This document shows, piece by piece, positions 20,464 through 31,163 of a stretch of DNA of 64,000 nucleotides (position 1 is its first letter; each line of letters starts with the position of its first letter). Source of the DNA: an uncultured Bacteroidales bacterium (GTDB taxonomy: Bacteria; Bacteroidota; Bacteroidia; Bacteroidales; P3). Where the stretch lies: positions 13,728 to 77,727 of the forward strand of contig CALUHJ010000016.1 in assembly GCA_944320415.1 (NCBI GenBank), in the 5' to 3' direction. The position numbers and the translations under genes are program-made. The notes below the pieces were generated by a model that worked only from the letters and a program-made list of their open reading frames with translations, was not told the origin of the DNA and made no database searches.

Positions 20464-20471
20464 CAAAGGTA
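20464..20471 (-). promoter_or_regulatory. -7 box TAccTTTG (lgt)
   Basis: Consensus match 24 nt upstream of ATG 20440. Confidence 0.5.
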
Positions 20472-20602
20472 TGAAAAAATATGCATGAACAACAGGCATC
20501 TCTGAACATGGCTTTAATTTTTTTTCGTGCGATGAAATACTAAAATGATATATTCTAGCGATATAAGTGATACTTTATATATTATAAGGAAAAAGTTTGT
20601 GT

Positions 20603-22072
20603 ATGAAAAAGGTAAAATGCGGTTTGTTTCTATTGTGTTTGTTTGTATTCAATGGTTTGTTGGGGCAAACAACGCTTACGTTGGACAGTTGCAGGGCTAT
20701 GGCTTTGAATCACAATAAGGAGATAGCTGTTTCAAGGGAAAGGATGTTGCAGGCTGAAGACAATCGTAAGGCGGCTTTTACACAGTTTCTACCCAATTTT
20801 AATGCTGTGGGAGCTTATTTGTTCAATTCAAAGAATATTTCTTTGCTTTCGCAGGATGCGTTGTTGCCGGTTGGGTCTATGGCTGCGGACGGTTCTTTTA
20901 CAGTCAGGTTGGATCAAATGGTTACCAATGAAATGGGTATTCCAGTAGATGCCAACGGAAATATGTTTAATCCGATTACGAATCCGGAGAAAATACAGTT
21001 TAAGGATTATGCTTTGTTGCCTAAAGAGGCTATGGAGTTTGACATGCAGAACGTATTTGTCGCCGGCATAGGATTTACTCAACCTATCTTTATGGGAGGC
21101 AAAATATTGGAACTGTACAGGATTGCGGGCAAGTTGGAAGATTTGGCAAATCTGGAAAATGAGAATGCAAAAATAAATCTGCTTATACAGGTGGATCAGG
21201 CTTATTGGCAGGTAGTATCTTTACAGAATAAGTATGAACTTGCGAAGGAATATATGGTTCTTCTACAAAAAACGAGTGAAAACGTCGATGCCTTGTTTGA
21301 AGAAGGGTTTGCAACCAAGGCAGAACAATTGAAAGTGAAAGTGAAACTGAATGAAGCCGAGATGGCTCTTACAAAAGCGGAAAATGGACTAAGTCTTTCA
21401 AAGATGCTTTTGAACCAGATATGCGGCATGCCTTTGGATAATGATTTTACGATAGAGACTGAGGTTGAATCCGATTTGACCGAGATAGATTTGCAAGGTA
21501 ATACTGCTTCCATGGTTTTGCAAAGACCGGAGGCAAAGATGCTGCAGGCCAAGGTCGATTTGTCAAAAAGCGAAGTCAACATAGCGCGTTCCCGCTTTAT
21601 GCCGAATATAGTTGCAAGCGGTAATTATATAGTGTCGAACCCTAACGTTTTTAATGGTTTTGAGAATAAATTCGACGGATTCTTTTCTGTTGGAGTAGGT
21701 GTTACGATTCCTATTTTTCATTGGGGAGACAGGACACATACTCTTTCAGCAGCTAAACATTCTCACAATATAGCAAAGATAGAACAGGAAAACGCCATGG
21801 AAAAAATGCAATTACAGGCCAATATGATGCAGTTTAAAAGGAACGAAGCTTTTAAACAAGCAATTATGACTGAAAATAACCTTAAAAATGCTCAGGAAAA
21901 TCTGTTGCACGCCGAGTTGAGTTATGAAGAAGGAGTCATTTCCATTTCCGATTTGATGGAAGCTCAAACGGCATGGGTATCTGCGAAGAGTGAAAATATA
22001 GATGCTAAAATAAATACCATGTTGTCTAAATTGTATTTGGAACAATCTTTAGGAAATATAAAAATAAAATAA
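20603..22072 (+). CDS. TolC-family outer membrane efflux protein
   Basis: Signal peptide MKKVKCGLFLLCLFVFNGLLGQ and a two-repeat OEP pattern. It is the first gene of the efflux operon. Confidence 0.85.
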   Translation: MKKVKCGLFLLCLFVFNGLLGQTTLTLDSCRAMALNHNKEIAVSRERMLQAEDNRKAAFTQFLPNFNAVGAYLFNSKNISLLSQDALLPVGSMAADGSFTVRLDQMVTNEMGIPVDANGNMFNPITNPEKIQFKDYALLPKEAMEFDMQNVFVAGIGFTQPIFMGGKILELYRIAGKLEDLANLENENAKINLLIQVDQAYWQVVSLQNKYELAKEYMVLLQKTSENVDALFEEGFATKAEQLKVKVKLNEAEMALTKAENGLSLSKMLLNQICGMPLDNDFTIETEVESDLTEIDLQGNTASMVLQRPEAKMLQAKVDLSKSEVNIARSRFMPNIVASGNYIVSNPNVFNGFENKFDGFFSVGVGVTIPIFHWGDRTHTLSAAKHSHNIAKIEQENAMEKMQLQANMMQFKRNEAFKQAIMTENNLKNAQENLLHAELSYEEGVISISDLMEAQTAWVSAKSENIDAKINTMLSKLYLEQSLGNIKIK

Positions 22073-22080
22073 AGGAAGAA

Positions 22081-23082
22081 ATGGAAAGGAAGGAGAAAAA
22101 GACATTGGTGGTGTCTTTCATAGTGTTAATATCTGTTGTTGCAGTTATTGGATTGATAGGTTATTTCATATTGCGTCCAGATGACTTGATAATACAGGGA
22201 GAAATAGAGGCCACGGAAGTAAGGGTTTCCGGAAAATTGCCGGGCAGAGTCTTGGAAATACGCACAAGAGAGGGTATGAGAGTTGAAGCAGGGGATACGT
22301 TGATACTTATAGATTCTCCGGAAATAAATGCCAAACTGATGCAGGCTCAGGCTGCAGAATCAGCTGCAAGTGCATTAAGCATGAAAGCCCGAAAAGGTGC
22401 AAGGAGTGAAACCATAGAGGCTGCCGCTGAACAGTATCAGATGGCAAAGGCCGCTGCTGAATTTGCAAAAAAAAGTTATGAGAGGACGAAAAACTTGTAT
22501 GAAAAAGGAGTTATAGCTGCACAGAAATTCGATGAAGTAGAGACAAAATACAGGGCTGCCCAAGCACAAGAGAAAGCTGCAAAAAGTCAATATGACATGG
22601 CCTTGAACGGAGCAGAAAAGGAGGATAAATTGGCAGCGGAAGCTCAGGTACAGAGAGCCAGGGGTGCAGTAAATGAAGCAACGGCATATTTGAATGAAAC
22701 TAAACTTGTAGCGCCTATAAGTGGTGAAATATCAGAAATATTTCCAAAAGTAGGAGAGTTGGTCGGCAGTGGTAGTCCTTTGATGAATATTGTGGATTTG
22801 AATGATATTTGGGTTACCTTTAATCTTAGAGAGAACCTGTTGAGCAAGATAAAGATAGGAGACACGCTTAAAGCCAAAGTACCTGCGTTGGCAGACAAGG
22901 AAATAACTCTCAAGATTACATATATAAAGGTCTTGGGCTCGTATGCTACATGGAAGGCAACAAAATTGACTGATGAATACGATACAAAGACTTTTGAAGT
23001 CAGAGCAGTGCCCTTGGATAAGAACAGTGATTTCCGTCCGGGCATGAGTGTGATAATCAATTGGTCTAAAATAGACAAATAA
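22081..23082 (+). CDS. HlyD-family membrane fusion (periplasmic adaptor) protein
   Basis: 333 aa with an N-terminal TM anchor, an Ala/Gln-rich coiled-coil hairpin and barrel-sandwich segments. Confidence 0.85.
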   Translation: MERKEKKTLVVSFIVLISVVAVIGLIGYFILRPDDLIIQGEIEATEVRVSGKLPGRVLEIRTREGMRVEAGDTLILIDSPEINAKLMQAQAAESAASALSMKARKGARSETIEAAAEQYQMAKAAAEFAKKSYERTKNLYEKGVIAAQKFDEVETKYRAAQAQEKAAKSQYDMALNGAEKEDKLAAEAQVQRARGAVNEATAYLNETKLVAPISGEISEIFPKVGELVGSGSPLMNIVDLNDIWVTFNLRENLLSKIKIGDTLKAKVPALADKEITLKITYIKVLGSYATWKATKLTDEYDTKTFEVRAVPLDKNSDFRPGMSVIINWSKIDK

Positions 23083-23083
23083 A

Positions 23084-24250
23084 ATGAAAAAAGGTATAAT
23101 ACCTGTTTTCAAACGTGAGATGCAAAGAATGTGTTCTCGTCCCATATATATTATGATGACGATTGTTATACCTGTTGTGATAATTGTATTCTTTGCAACC
23201 TTTCTCGACAAAGGCGTTCCTTCACAGTTGCCGATAGCTGTAATAGATTTTGACAATACTTCGTCATCACGTCAGATTGTAAGAACCATTTCTTCAGGTC
23301 AGGTTTGTAATGTAAGGTATAAGTTGAGTTCTTACGAAACGGCAAAGAATAAAATGCAAAGCGGAGATATTTATGCTTTTGTCGTTATCCCTAGGAACTT
23401 TCAACGGGATGTTATAAACGGTATACAGCCGGAGGTGGTATTTTATACAGAATATGCCCATTATTTGGCAGGTTCATTGATTATGAGGGAACTAAGTACT
23501 ACTCTCGCCACGCTTTCTGCAGGTGTTAACTTGAAATTGCGTCTTGCGCAAGGGCAAAATGAAAACATGGCCATGTCTCAGATACAGCCGATAAGGAACG
23601 ATGTGCATATAATAGGCAATCCGACTCTGGACTATTCATTTTATTTGTCTGCAATAATAATGCCGGGCTTGATATTTCTTATGACTCTTATTTGTACCAT
23701 ATATGCGATTGGATTGGAATTGAAGTTTGCTACATCGAAACGCTGGTTGATTTTGGCTGACAGGTCTTTGTTGAAAGCTCTTGCAGGCAAGCTCCTGCCG
23801 TATACGATATTATTCTCCTTTATGGAAATATTCGCTCATATTGTCTTGGAAAAAATGTTGGGTTTTCCTGTCAACGGTAATCCTGTATTGCTGTGTCTTG
23901 GCAGCATCCTGACCGTATTGTCCTATCAGGCAATAGGAGTTTTTATAACAGGTTGTTTACCTGTTCTCAGAGATGCATTGTCGATAGGTGCTTTTTACGG
24001 AGTTTTGGGTTTTACCATTGCCGGATTTACTTATCCTAATCTTGCTATGTTACCGGCCGTTCAATCTTATACGCTTTTATATCCTTTGAAGTATTATTAC
24101 TCATTGTATTGTGGCATAAGGATAAACGGACTTGGATTTGTGGATACATGGAACATATTCCTGTGTCTAATGGCGTATATTTTTCTGCCTTTGTTGATTA
24201 TTATAAGATTGAAAAAGGCTGCGATTAAATTAAACTATTCAAGAGATTAA
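23084..24250 (+). CDS. ABC-2 type transporter permease
   Basis: 388 aa with an N-terminal TM helix, a large extracytoplasmic loop and 5 C-terminal TM helices (YhhJ/YbhS-like layout). Confidence 0.8.
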   Translation: MKKGIIPVFKREMQRMCSRPIYIMMTIVIPVVIIVFFATFLDKGVPSQLPIAVIDFDNTSSSRQIVRTISSGQVCNVRYKLSSYETAKNKMQSGDIYAFVVIPRNFQRDVINGIQPEVVFYTEYAHYLAGSLIMRELSTTLATLSAGVNLKLRLAQGQNENMAMSQIQPIRNDVHIIGNPTLDYSFYLSAIIMPGLIFLMTLICTIYAIGLELKFATSKRWLILADRSLLKALAGKLLPYTILFSFMEIFAHIVLEKMLGFPVNGNPVLLCLGSILTVLSYQAIGVFITGCLPVLRDALSIGAFYGVLGFTIAGFTYPNLAMLPAVQSYTLLYPLKYYYSLYCGIRINGLGFVDTWNIFLCLMAYIFLPLLIIIRLKKAAIKLNYSRD

Positions 24251-24253
24251 GTC

Positions 24254-25480
24254 ATGGCATTTAATATAAAAGAGAATTTACACCAAAACAAAGATGCGTG
24301 GGTAGACATGTTTCATGTCCTCAGACGGGAGTTGTATAATATATTTACCGACAGAGGTGTATTGATAGTTTTTTTTATTGCTTGTCTTGTTTATCCTTTG
24401 GTATGTGGGTATATTTATAACCGTGAACTGTTGTATGATATTCCTGTAGCTGTCGTTGATGAATCCAATTCGTCTTTGAGCAGGGAATATCTGCGAAAGA
24501 TAGATGCCACATCGGAGGTCAAGATACAGTCCTATTGTTCTTCAATGGAGCAGGCAAAGAAAATGCAATCTGTTTCCAAAGTTCATGGAATAATATATAT
24601 ACCCAAGGATTTCAGCTATAACTTGAATAGAGGAGAACAATCCGTTGTAGGTGTATATGCAGATGTAACTTCGTTTTTCTGGTACAGGAACATAATGCTG
24701 GCATGTTCTTATGTATCTCAGTCTATGGGAGCTGAAATTCAGGTGAAGAATCTTATAGTGTCGGGAACGGATTATGAGAAAGCTGTCAGTTCGGTACAGC
24801 CATTCAAACCCACTCAGCATCTTTTGTACAATCCGGGAGGATATCCAAGTTTTATTTTACCGATAGTATTGATACTCGTTTTACAACAGACTCTTTTGAT
24901 TGGTATAGGTATGCTTACCGGTAAAGCAACCGAAACAAACAGATTGAATACCCTAATTCCCGATAATGCGCATTACAAGGGAGTGTTCAGAATTATATTC
25001 GGTAGGGCATTGGCTTTATTTATAACTTATCTTCCAATAGTGGTTTATGTCCTTATCATAATTCCAAAGTTCTTTAACCTGCCTCAGTTAGTGTCAAGTC
25101 CTTACGAGATATTGTGGTTTATTACACCTTTTTTGTTTTCTACTATCTTATTGGGAATGACAATAGGTGTTTTTTTCAAGAACAGGGAGAATTCCATACC
25201 GTTTTATTTGTTCATGAGCATACCTATGCTTTTGCTTTCAGGCTTATCATGGCCGAGAGAGGCCATGCCGGTATTTTGGGAGTGGCTTTCACATGTTATT
25301 CCTTCAACAGATGCCGTCAACGGATTTGTGCGTATGACTACTATGGGAAGTTCCATGTCTGAAATATCCAAAGAACATTTGTGGTTGTGGATTTTGAGCG
25401 GGGTTTATTTCATAACGACTTTTTTTGCATACAGATGGCGTATAAATAAAGGCAACAAGGAAATCAGTCAAGAGGAATAG
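24254..25480 (+). CDS. ABC-2 type transporter permease (paralogue)
   Basis: 408 aa with the same topology as the preceding gene. Confidence 0.8.
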   Translation: MAFNIKENLHQNKDAWVDMFHVLRRELYNIFTDRGVLIVFFIACLVYPLVCGYIYNRELLYDIPVAVVDESNSSLSREYLRKIDATSEVKIQSYCSSMEQAKKMQSVSKVHGIIYIPKDFSYNLNRGEQSVVGVYADVTSFFWYRNIMLACSYVSQSMGAEIQVKNLIVSGTDYEKAVSSVQPFKPTQHLLYNPGGYPSFILPIVLILVLQQTLLIGIGMLTGKATETNRLNTLIPDNAHYKGVFRIIFGRALALFITYLPIVVYVLIIIPKFFNLPQLVSSPYEILWFITPFLFSTILLGMTIGVFFKNRENSIPFYLFMSIPMLLLSGLSWPREAMPVFWEWLSHVIPSTDAVNGFVRMTTMGSSMSEISKEHLWLWILSGVYFITTFFAYRWRINKGNKEISQEE

Positions 25481-26252
25481 TGCCACTGAAAACGTATTCC
25501 CCTTTGCCTTGAAGCCATACATCAGTTATAGTTTCATCATTCTTGCAAAATTCCACTTTTAAGTTTCCACCTCTTGTATGAACGGATATAGAATGTTTCC
25601 CGTCTGATATTTTTTGTTGCAAAGCAACGGCAATGCATGAAGCGCATACACCTGTGCCACATGCAAGAGTTTCCCTCTCAACACCTCTTTCATAAGTTCG
25701 CACCAGTATGCTGTTCCGATTATCTTTTTTTACGAAGTTGACGTTACATCCAAAGTATTTGTCAAATCTTTTGTCGTGTCTGAGTTTTCTGCCTTCAAGT
25801 TCCACGTCAATGTTTTCCAAATCTTCGACAAAGCATACGAAATGAGAAGTGCCGGTATTCATGTATATACCGTCATCATGAAAAGTAATGAAGTGCGGAT
25901 TGGACATTTGCAGTGATATATCACCGTTGATTATTTTCGCATAATGGATCCCGTCAGGAGCTTCAAATGTACATGTGTCTTCAATAATGCCAAGTTTTTT
26001 TGCAAAGGCTACAACACATCTTCCTCCGTTGCCGCACATCATTCCGTCTGAACCGTCAGGATTAAAAAAACGCATGGAGAAGTTCGTGTTTTGCGACTTC
26101 TCGAGAATGATTAGTCCATCACTTCCTATTCCGAAATGAGGACGACATAATTTGATTATATCGTCCTTTGAAAAGAAATATTCATCATTGCGATTGTCTA
26201 TCATGACAAAATCATTCCCCGTTCCCTGATATTTGTCGAAACTTACGGTCAT
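25464..26252 (-). CDS. dapF: diaminopimelate epimerase
   Basis: N-terminal YQGTGNDFVMIDN and two catalytic-Cys regions (MCGNGGRC and LACGTGV). Confidence 0.95.
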   Translation of the reverse strand: MTVSFDKYQGTGNDFVMIDNRNDEYFFSKDDIIKLCRPHFGIGSDGLIILEKSQNTNFSMRFFNPDGSDGMMCGNGGRCVVAFAKKLGIIEDTCTFEAPDGIHYAKIINGDISLQMSNPHFITFHDDGIYMNTGTSHFVCFVEDLENIDVELEGRKLRHDKRFDKYFGCNVNFVKKDNRNSILVRTYERGVERETLACGTGVCASCIAVALQQKISDGKHSISVHTRGGNLKVEFCKNDETITDVWLQGKGEYVFSGTIPLD

Positions 26253-26305
26253 CGTCTTTATTGTTGGAATGTGTAAATATTAGTCTTTGTATTATTCGGT
26301 TGAGA

Positions 26306-27004
26306 TTACTTCTTTTTCAGGTTTGCTATTGACAATATTACTCCCAATGCAACACCCAAAAGAGCAGCAAACAATACCCTGTATTGGGGTGGTAGCAGGA
26401 AAGTTATTGTATGGGCTGGATACCAGAAAAAAGGAATGGTTTTTGTAAATACGAATCCCCAAAGGACTTTCCAATTCAGGTTGACGAATATTTCTCCGAA
26501 TTTTATCGGAGAAAAAAATCCTTTTAATGTTCCTCCAGTATTCAAAATATGTGTATCTGTCACCTTGTGTATTGTCATGAATACCGGTGCGAAGAACGTA
26601 TTCATCAAAACAGAAACGCAAACCGCATAAATCAGTTGTCGATAAAAGGGTTCTTGTGCAATGGTCGAGGGTTCGAGTTCCATTCCGAAATAACTCAAAA
26701 GGCTGAATGTGCCGTTTGCGAACACACCCATAGCTATTGTTATTGCGACGCCCAATATACCCCATACCAATGCCCTCGGCAGTATTCCGAATCCTTTTTC
26801 GTTGTACACGCCTTTGGAAATCCTCAGACCGATACACTCTCCAATAGTGGCCAGGATACTGAATTTCAGGAAAGCCAAAAGAAAATAACGCCAGTCATGA
26901 GCTTTTGACCATGACATGAACCAGTTGTTCAGTGGCTCTATCAGGGAAAAAAGAACCACTATCGCCGAAACGGAAACAATAAATACCAAATCTTTATATT
27001 TCAT
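26306..27004 (-). CDS. hypothetical integral membrane protein
   Basis: 232 aa with about 6 hydrophobic helices. No family recognised. Confidence 0.6.
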   Translation of the reverse strand: MKYKDLVFIVSVSAIVVLFSLIEPLNNWFMSWSKAHDWRYFLLAFLKFSILATIGECIGLRISKGVYNEKGFGILPRALVWGILGVAITIAMGVFANGTFSLLSYFGMELEPSTIAQEPFYRQLIYAVCVSVLMNTFFAPVFMTIHKVTDTHILNTGGTLKGFFSPIKFGEIFVNLNWKVLWGFVFTKTIPFFWYPAHTITFLLPPQYRVLFAALLGVALGVILSIANLKKK

Positions 27005-27019
27005 TTACGAGAAGAGCTG

Positions 27020-27277
27020 TTAGTTGTCTTTTTCCGTATTCGTGTTTTCTGTTGTTTTTTCCGAGATGGCTTTCAATGCTTTGTCCGATAATGATAATTT
27101 TTTTTGCATTGAGCCTACCATTGTGACAATGTAAACCATTACACATACAATCACAACAAATGCTATCCAGAATTTGAATCCTGAAATCATTGGTTCATAC
27201 TGTATGGCTCCCATTGCTATAACCAACAAAGCAGCTATTATGACTCTGAAAACGTAGCTGTGTAATACTTTTCTCAT
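27020..27277 (-). CDS. small membrane protein
   Basis: 85 aa with two TM helices. A gene-strand TActTTTG box lies at 27312-27319. Confidence 0.55.
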   Translation of the reverse strand: MRKVLHSYVFRVIIAALLVIAMGAIQYEPMISGFKFWIAFVVIVCVMVYIVTMVGSMQKKLSLSDKALKAISEKTTENTNTEKDN

Positions 27278-27320
27278 GTTCGAAAAACTTTAATTTATCC
27301 GTTTGATGCCGCAAAAGTAC

Positions 27321-27354
27321 AAAAAAAGAGCGAATTCCAACTGGAATTCGCTCT
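27321..27354 (-). terminator. rplS terminator
   Basis: Perfect 12-bp stem AGAGCGAATTCC (27327-27338) / GGAATTCGCTCT (27343-27354), followed on the minus strand by a T-run (27321-27326). Confidence 0.8.
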
Positions 27355-27376
27355 GAATAAGAATAACCGTATTCTT

Positions 27377-27730
27377 TTAGAACTTTTTCTCTTTGATTCG
27401 TGCCTTTTTACCGGTCAATCCTCTCAAGTAGAACAATCTTGCTCTGCGGACAACTCCTCGTTTGTTCACTACTATGCTTTCAATGAATGGAGAGGAGAAT
27501 GGAAATATTCTTTCAACACCCACACCGTTGGATATTTTTCTTACGGTGAATGTTTCAGTTGTTCCGCTTCCGGAACGCTGTATCACGACACCTTGAAACG
27601 TCTGCAAACGTTCTTTGTTTCCTTCGACAATCTTGTATGATACAGATACGGTATCTCCCGACTTAAATGCTGGATAGTCTTTTTTTTCAGTTAGGCTGTC
27701 CACATATTTCATCAATTCTGGCTTACCCAT
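27377..27730 (-). CDS. rplS: 50S ribosomal protein L19
   Basis: 117 aa with a full-length L19 sequence ([29 protein letters not shown]). Confidence 0.95.
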   Translation of the reverse strand: MGKPELMKYVDSLTEKKDYPAFKSGDTVSVSYKIVEGNKERLQTFQGVVIQRSGSGTTETFTVRKISNGVGVERIFPFSSPFIESIVVNKRGVVRRARLFYLRGLTGKKARIKEKKF

Positions 27731-27767
27731 TTTCTTATCCCTTTTTAATGCTAATTAGACAATAATT

Positions 27768-28115
27768 TTATTTCTTCACTCTATCTACAACGGCCTTGAA
27801 CGCTTCTGGGTGATTCATGGCCAAATCAGCCAACACCTTACGGTTCAACTCTATGTTGTTTTTGTGAAGCAGTCCCATAAACACTGAATAAGATACATCG
27901 TTCAAGCGGCAAGCTGCATTTATACGATTAATCCACAAAGCCCGGAACTCTCTCTTTTTGTTTTTTCTGTCACGATAAGCATACGTCTGACCTTTTTCCC
28001 ATTTGTTTTTTGCTACAGTCCAAACGTTCTTACCTCTTCCCCAATAACCTTTAGTGCGGTTAAGGATTTTCTTTCTGCGTGCTCTTGACGCAACTGCATT
28101 TACTGCTCTTGGCAT
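27768..28115 (-). CDS. rplT: 50S ribosomal protein L20
   Basis: 115 aa beginning [18 protein letters not shown], and containing [18 protein letters not shown]. Confidence 0.95.
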   Translation of the reverse strand: MPRAVNAVASRARRKKILNRTKGYWGRGKNVWTVAKNKWEKGQTYAYRDRKNKKREFRALWINRINAACRLNDVSYSVFMGLLHKNNIELNRKVLADLAMNHPEAFKAVVDRVKK

Positions 28116-28221
28116 AATTCTTTAATTTTTTTTCGTATCAGCGGTCTTGCTAAAGACTCTTGACTTGCTGAATACAATGGTTAATAACTCCTTGACAGGT
28201 AAATCAAACTCACAAGCGAAA

Positions 28222-28410
28222 CTAAATCATTTTTTTGATTCTTGCTTCATCCGCTCCGCTTAAAACAGTCGTACTTGCCAAAATCTTCTTTCTTTTGTTA
28301 GATTTTTTCGTAAGTATGTGACTGTGAAAAGCGTGTTTCCTTTTGATTTTACCCGAACCCGTAAAAAAGAATCTCTTCTTAGCTGCGGATTTTGTCTTCA
28401 TTTTTGGCAT
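28222..28410 (-). CDS. rpmI: 50S ribosomal protein L35
   Basis: 62 aa beginning [14 protein letters not shown]. Confidence 0.95.
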   Translation of the reverse strand: MPKMKTKSAAKKRFFFTGSGKIKRKHAFHSHILTKKSNKRKKILASTTVLSGADEARIKKMI

Positions 28411-28471
28411 TTCAAGTCCTTTTTTTTGTTTATACTTATTTTACAAAGACCACAACGGTCTTGAATTCATC

Positions 28472-29023
28472 TTATTTTTTAGGAGCGATGATCATAATCA
28501 TCCGTTTTCCCTCCAAGCGCGGCATCATCTCAGGTTTGCCGTAATCGAACAATGCTTCGGCAAATTTCAGCAACTGTGTTTCTCCCTGTTCCTTGTAAAC
28601 AATGGTACGACCCTTGAAAAACACATCAACCTTCACTTTGTTCCCTTCTTGCAGGAATCTTATGGCATGTTTTAATTTGAAGTTGAAATCGTGTTCGTCA
28701 GTCTGAGGTCCGAGTCTTATCTCCTTTACCACAATCTTTGCAGATTTCGCCTTTATCTCCTTTTGTTTCTTTTTCTGCTCATAAAGCAATTTCTGATAAT
28801 CTATCACCTTGCATACAGGCGGATTTGCATTTGGAGATATCTCCACCAAATCCAATCCCAGATCATCCGCAATCCTCAACGCCTCTTTCAAATTGTAAAT
28901 GCCCGCTTCCACATTGTCTCCGACAACTCTCACAACAGGAGCGTCAATCCTGTTGTTTATCTTGTGTTGTTCTTCTTTTTTTTGTGGCCCCTTGCCTCTA
29001 ACGGGAACTTGTGTTGTTGCTAT
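28472..29023 (-). CDS. infC: translation initiation factor IF-3 (non-canonical ATA start inferred)
   Basis: IF-3 N- and C-domains are present ([35 protein letters not shown]). No ATG, GTG or TTG lies in frame between the stop at 29036-29038 and GTG 28933. That GTG would delete the conserved N-terminus, so ATA 29023-29021 is the likely start. Confidence 0.85.
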   Translation of the reverse strand: MATTQVPVRGKGPQKKEEQHKINNRIDAPVVRVVGDNVEAGIYNLKEALRIADDLGLDLVEISPNANPPVCKVIDYQKLLYEQKKKQKEIKAKSAKIVVKEIRLGPQTDEHDFNFKLKHAIRFLQEGNKVKVDVFFKGRTIVYKEQGETQLLKFAEALFDYGKPEMMPRLEGKRMIMIIAPKK

Positions 29024-29070
29024 AACCTTTTCCTCCTATTCTTTTAATTGTTAACTATATGTTCTGTTCT

Positions 29071-31011
29071 TTACTCTAATTCTTCATTTACCATTCGGTT
29101 TACCATGCGGGCAAACTCTTCAATGCTCATCGAACCCATATCGCCTTCTCCGTGCCTGCGGACGGAAACGCTGTTTTCCGCCTCTTCCTTTTCGCCAACT
29201 ATAAGCATGAACGGAATTTTGGAAATTTCAGCATCCCTTATCTTCTTACCAGTTTTCTCATTCCTGTCGTCTATGCTTCCCCTCAGGTCAAAACGAGCGA
29301 GCAAAGATAGTACTTTTTTTGCATATTCCTCATATTTTTCTGAAATAGGCAGCAAAATAAACTGTTCAGGAGTAAGCCAAAGCGGGAATACCCCGGCTGT
29401 ATGTTCTATCAATACGGCAACGAAACGTTCCATAGAACCGAATGGCGCACGGTGAATCATTATAGGTCTGTGCTTCTGATTGTCTTTGCCTGTATATTCC
29501 AGCTCAAAACGCTCCGGAAGGTTGTAATCGACCTGTATGGTTCCAAGCTGCCACTTTCTGCCTATTGCATCCTTGACCATGAAGTCCAGTTTAGGGCCGT
29601 AGAATGCGGCTTCTCCTATTTCCGTTACGGTCTTCAGACCCCTTTCCTGCGAGGCTTCGATTATTGCATTCTCGGCTTTGGCCCATATCTCGTCGGAACC
29701 TATGTATTTTTCCTTGTTGTCAGGGTCTCTGAGCGATATTTGGGCTGTGAAGTTGTCAAACTTCAGTGTTCTGAATATGTAAAGCACTATGTCTATCACC
29801 TTGCAGAACTCGTCCTTAAGCTGTTCCGGTGTACAGAATATGTGTGCATCATCCTGCGTAAACGAACGTACACGTGTCAGTCCGTGCAGTTCACCGGACT
29901 GTTCATAGCGGTATACCGTTCCGAATTCCGCCAGACGCAACGGCAAATCCTTGTACGAACGAGGTTTTGTCTTATATATTTCCACATGATGAGGACAGTT
30001 CATCGGTTTTAGCATGTATTCCTCTCCTTCGAAAGGAGTGGTTATCGTACGGAAAGAGTCCTGACCGTATTTCTGGTAGTGTCCCGATGTCTTGTACAGA
30101 TTCACGTCACCTATGTGTGGTGTCATTACCTGCTGATAGCCATATTCCCTCTGCACCTTCTTCAGAAAGTTCTCCAGCCTTTGACGCAACTCCGTTCCTT
30201 TTGGCAACCATAACGGAAGTCCCTGTCCGACATTTTTGGAAAAGGCAAACAGTTCCAGTTCCTTGCCCAACTTGCGGTGATCTCTTTTTTTCGCCTCTTC
30301 CAGCAATGCAAGGTATTCGTCCAGTTCCTTTTTCTTCGGGAATGTTATGGCATAAAGTCTTGTCAATTGTTTTCTTTTTTCATCCCCTCTCCAGTATGCA
30401 CCTGCCAGGGACAGTATCTTTATGGCCTTTATAGGCGAGAAGTCAACCAAGTGCGGGCCGCGGCAAAGGTCCGTGAAGTTTCCACTCTCGTAAAAAGTGA
30501 TTGTGCCGTCCTCAAGGTCGTTTATAAGCTCCACTTTGTAGGTTTCGCCTTTTTTTTCGAAATATTCCAATGCTTCGGCCTTTGATTTCTCCACTCTTTT
30601 GAGGGCGACTCCGGATTTTGCAATCTCACTCATCTTGGCTTCTATCTTAGAGAAATCCTCGCTTGAAAGGACATCTTCACCGAAGTCTATGTCGTAATAG
30701 AAACCGTTCTCTATGGCAGGACCTATTCCGAACTTCGCGTTTGGATACAACTCCAGAACGGCACTTGCCATAAGGTGTGCCGAACTGTGCCAGAAGGTCT
30801 GCTTTCCTTCTGTGTCGTTCCATGTGTGCAATTTCACCGAAGCATCCTCGTTTATTGCCCTGTTCAATTCCACTATCTTACCGTTGACGCTTGCGCAAAG
30901 TACATTCCTTGCCAAGCCCTCGCTTATGCTCTTTGCAATGTCCGAAGCGGTTACCCCGCTTTCAAACTGCTTTACCGAACCATCCGGCAAAGTTATATTT
31001 ATCATATCCAT
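29071..31011 (-). CDS. thrS: threonine--tRNA ligase
   Basis: 646 aa with a TGS-like N-terminus ([10 protein letters not shown]), a class II catalytic core and an anticodon-binding domain. Confidence 0.95.
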   Translation of the reverse strand: MDMINITLPDGSVKQFESGVTASDIAKSISEGLARNVLCASVNGKIVELNRAINEDASVKLHTWNDTEGKQTFWHSSAHLMASAVLELYPNAKFGIGPAIENGFYYDIDFGEDVLSSEDFSKIEAKMSEIAKSGVALKRVEKSKAEALEYFEKKGETYKVELINDLEDGTITFYESGNFTDLCRGPHLVDFSPIKAIKILSLAGAYWRGDEKRKQLTRLYAITFPKKKELDEYLALLEEAKKRDHRKLGKELELFAFSKNVGQGLPLWLPKGTELRQRLENFLKKVQREYGYQQVMTPHIGDVNLYKTSGHYQKYGQDSFRTITTPFEGEEYMLKPMNCPHHVEIYKTKPRSYKDLPLRLAEFGTVYRYEQSGELHGLTRVRSFTQDDAHIFCTPEQLKDEFCKVIDIVLYIFRTLKFDNFTAQISLRDPDNKEKYIGSDEIWAKAENAIIEASQERGLKTVTEIGEAAFYGPKLDFMVKDAIGRKWQLGTIQVDYNLPERFELEYTGKDNQKHRPIMIHRAPFGSMERFVAVLIEHTAGVFPLWLTPEQFILLPISEKYEEYAKKVLSLLARFDLRGSIDDRNEKTGKKIRDAEISKIPFMLIVGEKEEAENSVSVRRHGEGDMGSMSIEEFARMVNRMVNEELE

Positions 31012-31056
31012 TTCCTGTTAAGTAGCGTTGTTTTATGTACGCAAAAAATCAATTTG

Positions 31057-31064
31057 CAAAGGTA
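31057..31064 (-). promoter_or_regulatory. -7 box TAccTTTG (thrS-infC-rpmI-rplT operon)
   Basis: Consensus match 46 nt upstream of the thrS start. Confidence 0.5.
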
Positions 31065-31124
31065 CGTTTTTTTAGCATAACGGCAAAGAAACGAATGAAG
31101 AAAGCGGAACAAATTTCAAAGAAA

Positions 31125-31157
31125 AAAGCGACGTGTTTTTGTTCCGTCGCTTTTTCG
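31125..31157 (-). terminator. terminator after the 217-aa secreted protein gene
   Basis: Stem AGCGACG (31127-31133) / CGTCGCT (31145-31151), flanked by an A-run and a T-run. Confidence 0.6.
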
Positions 31158-31163
31158 TGTCCC

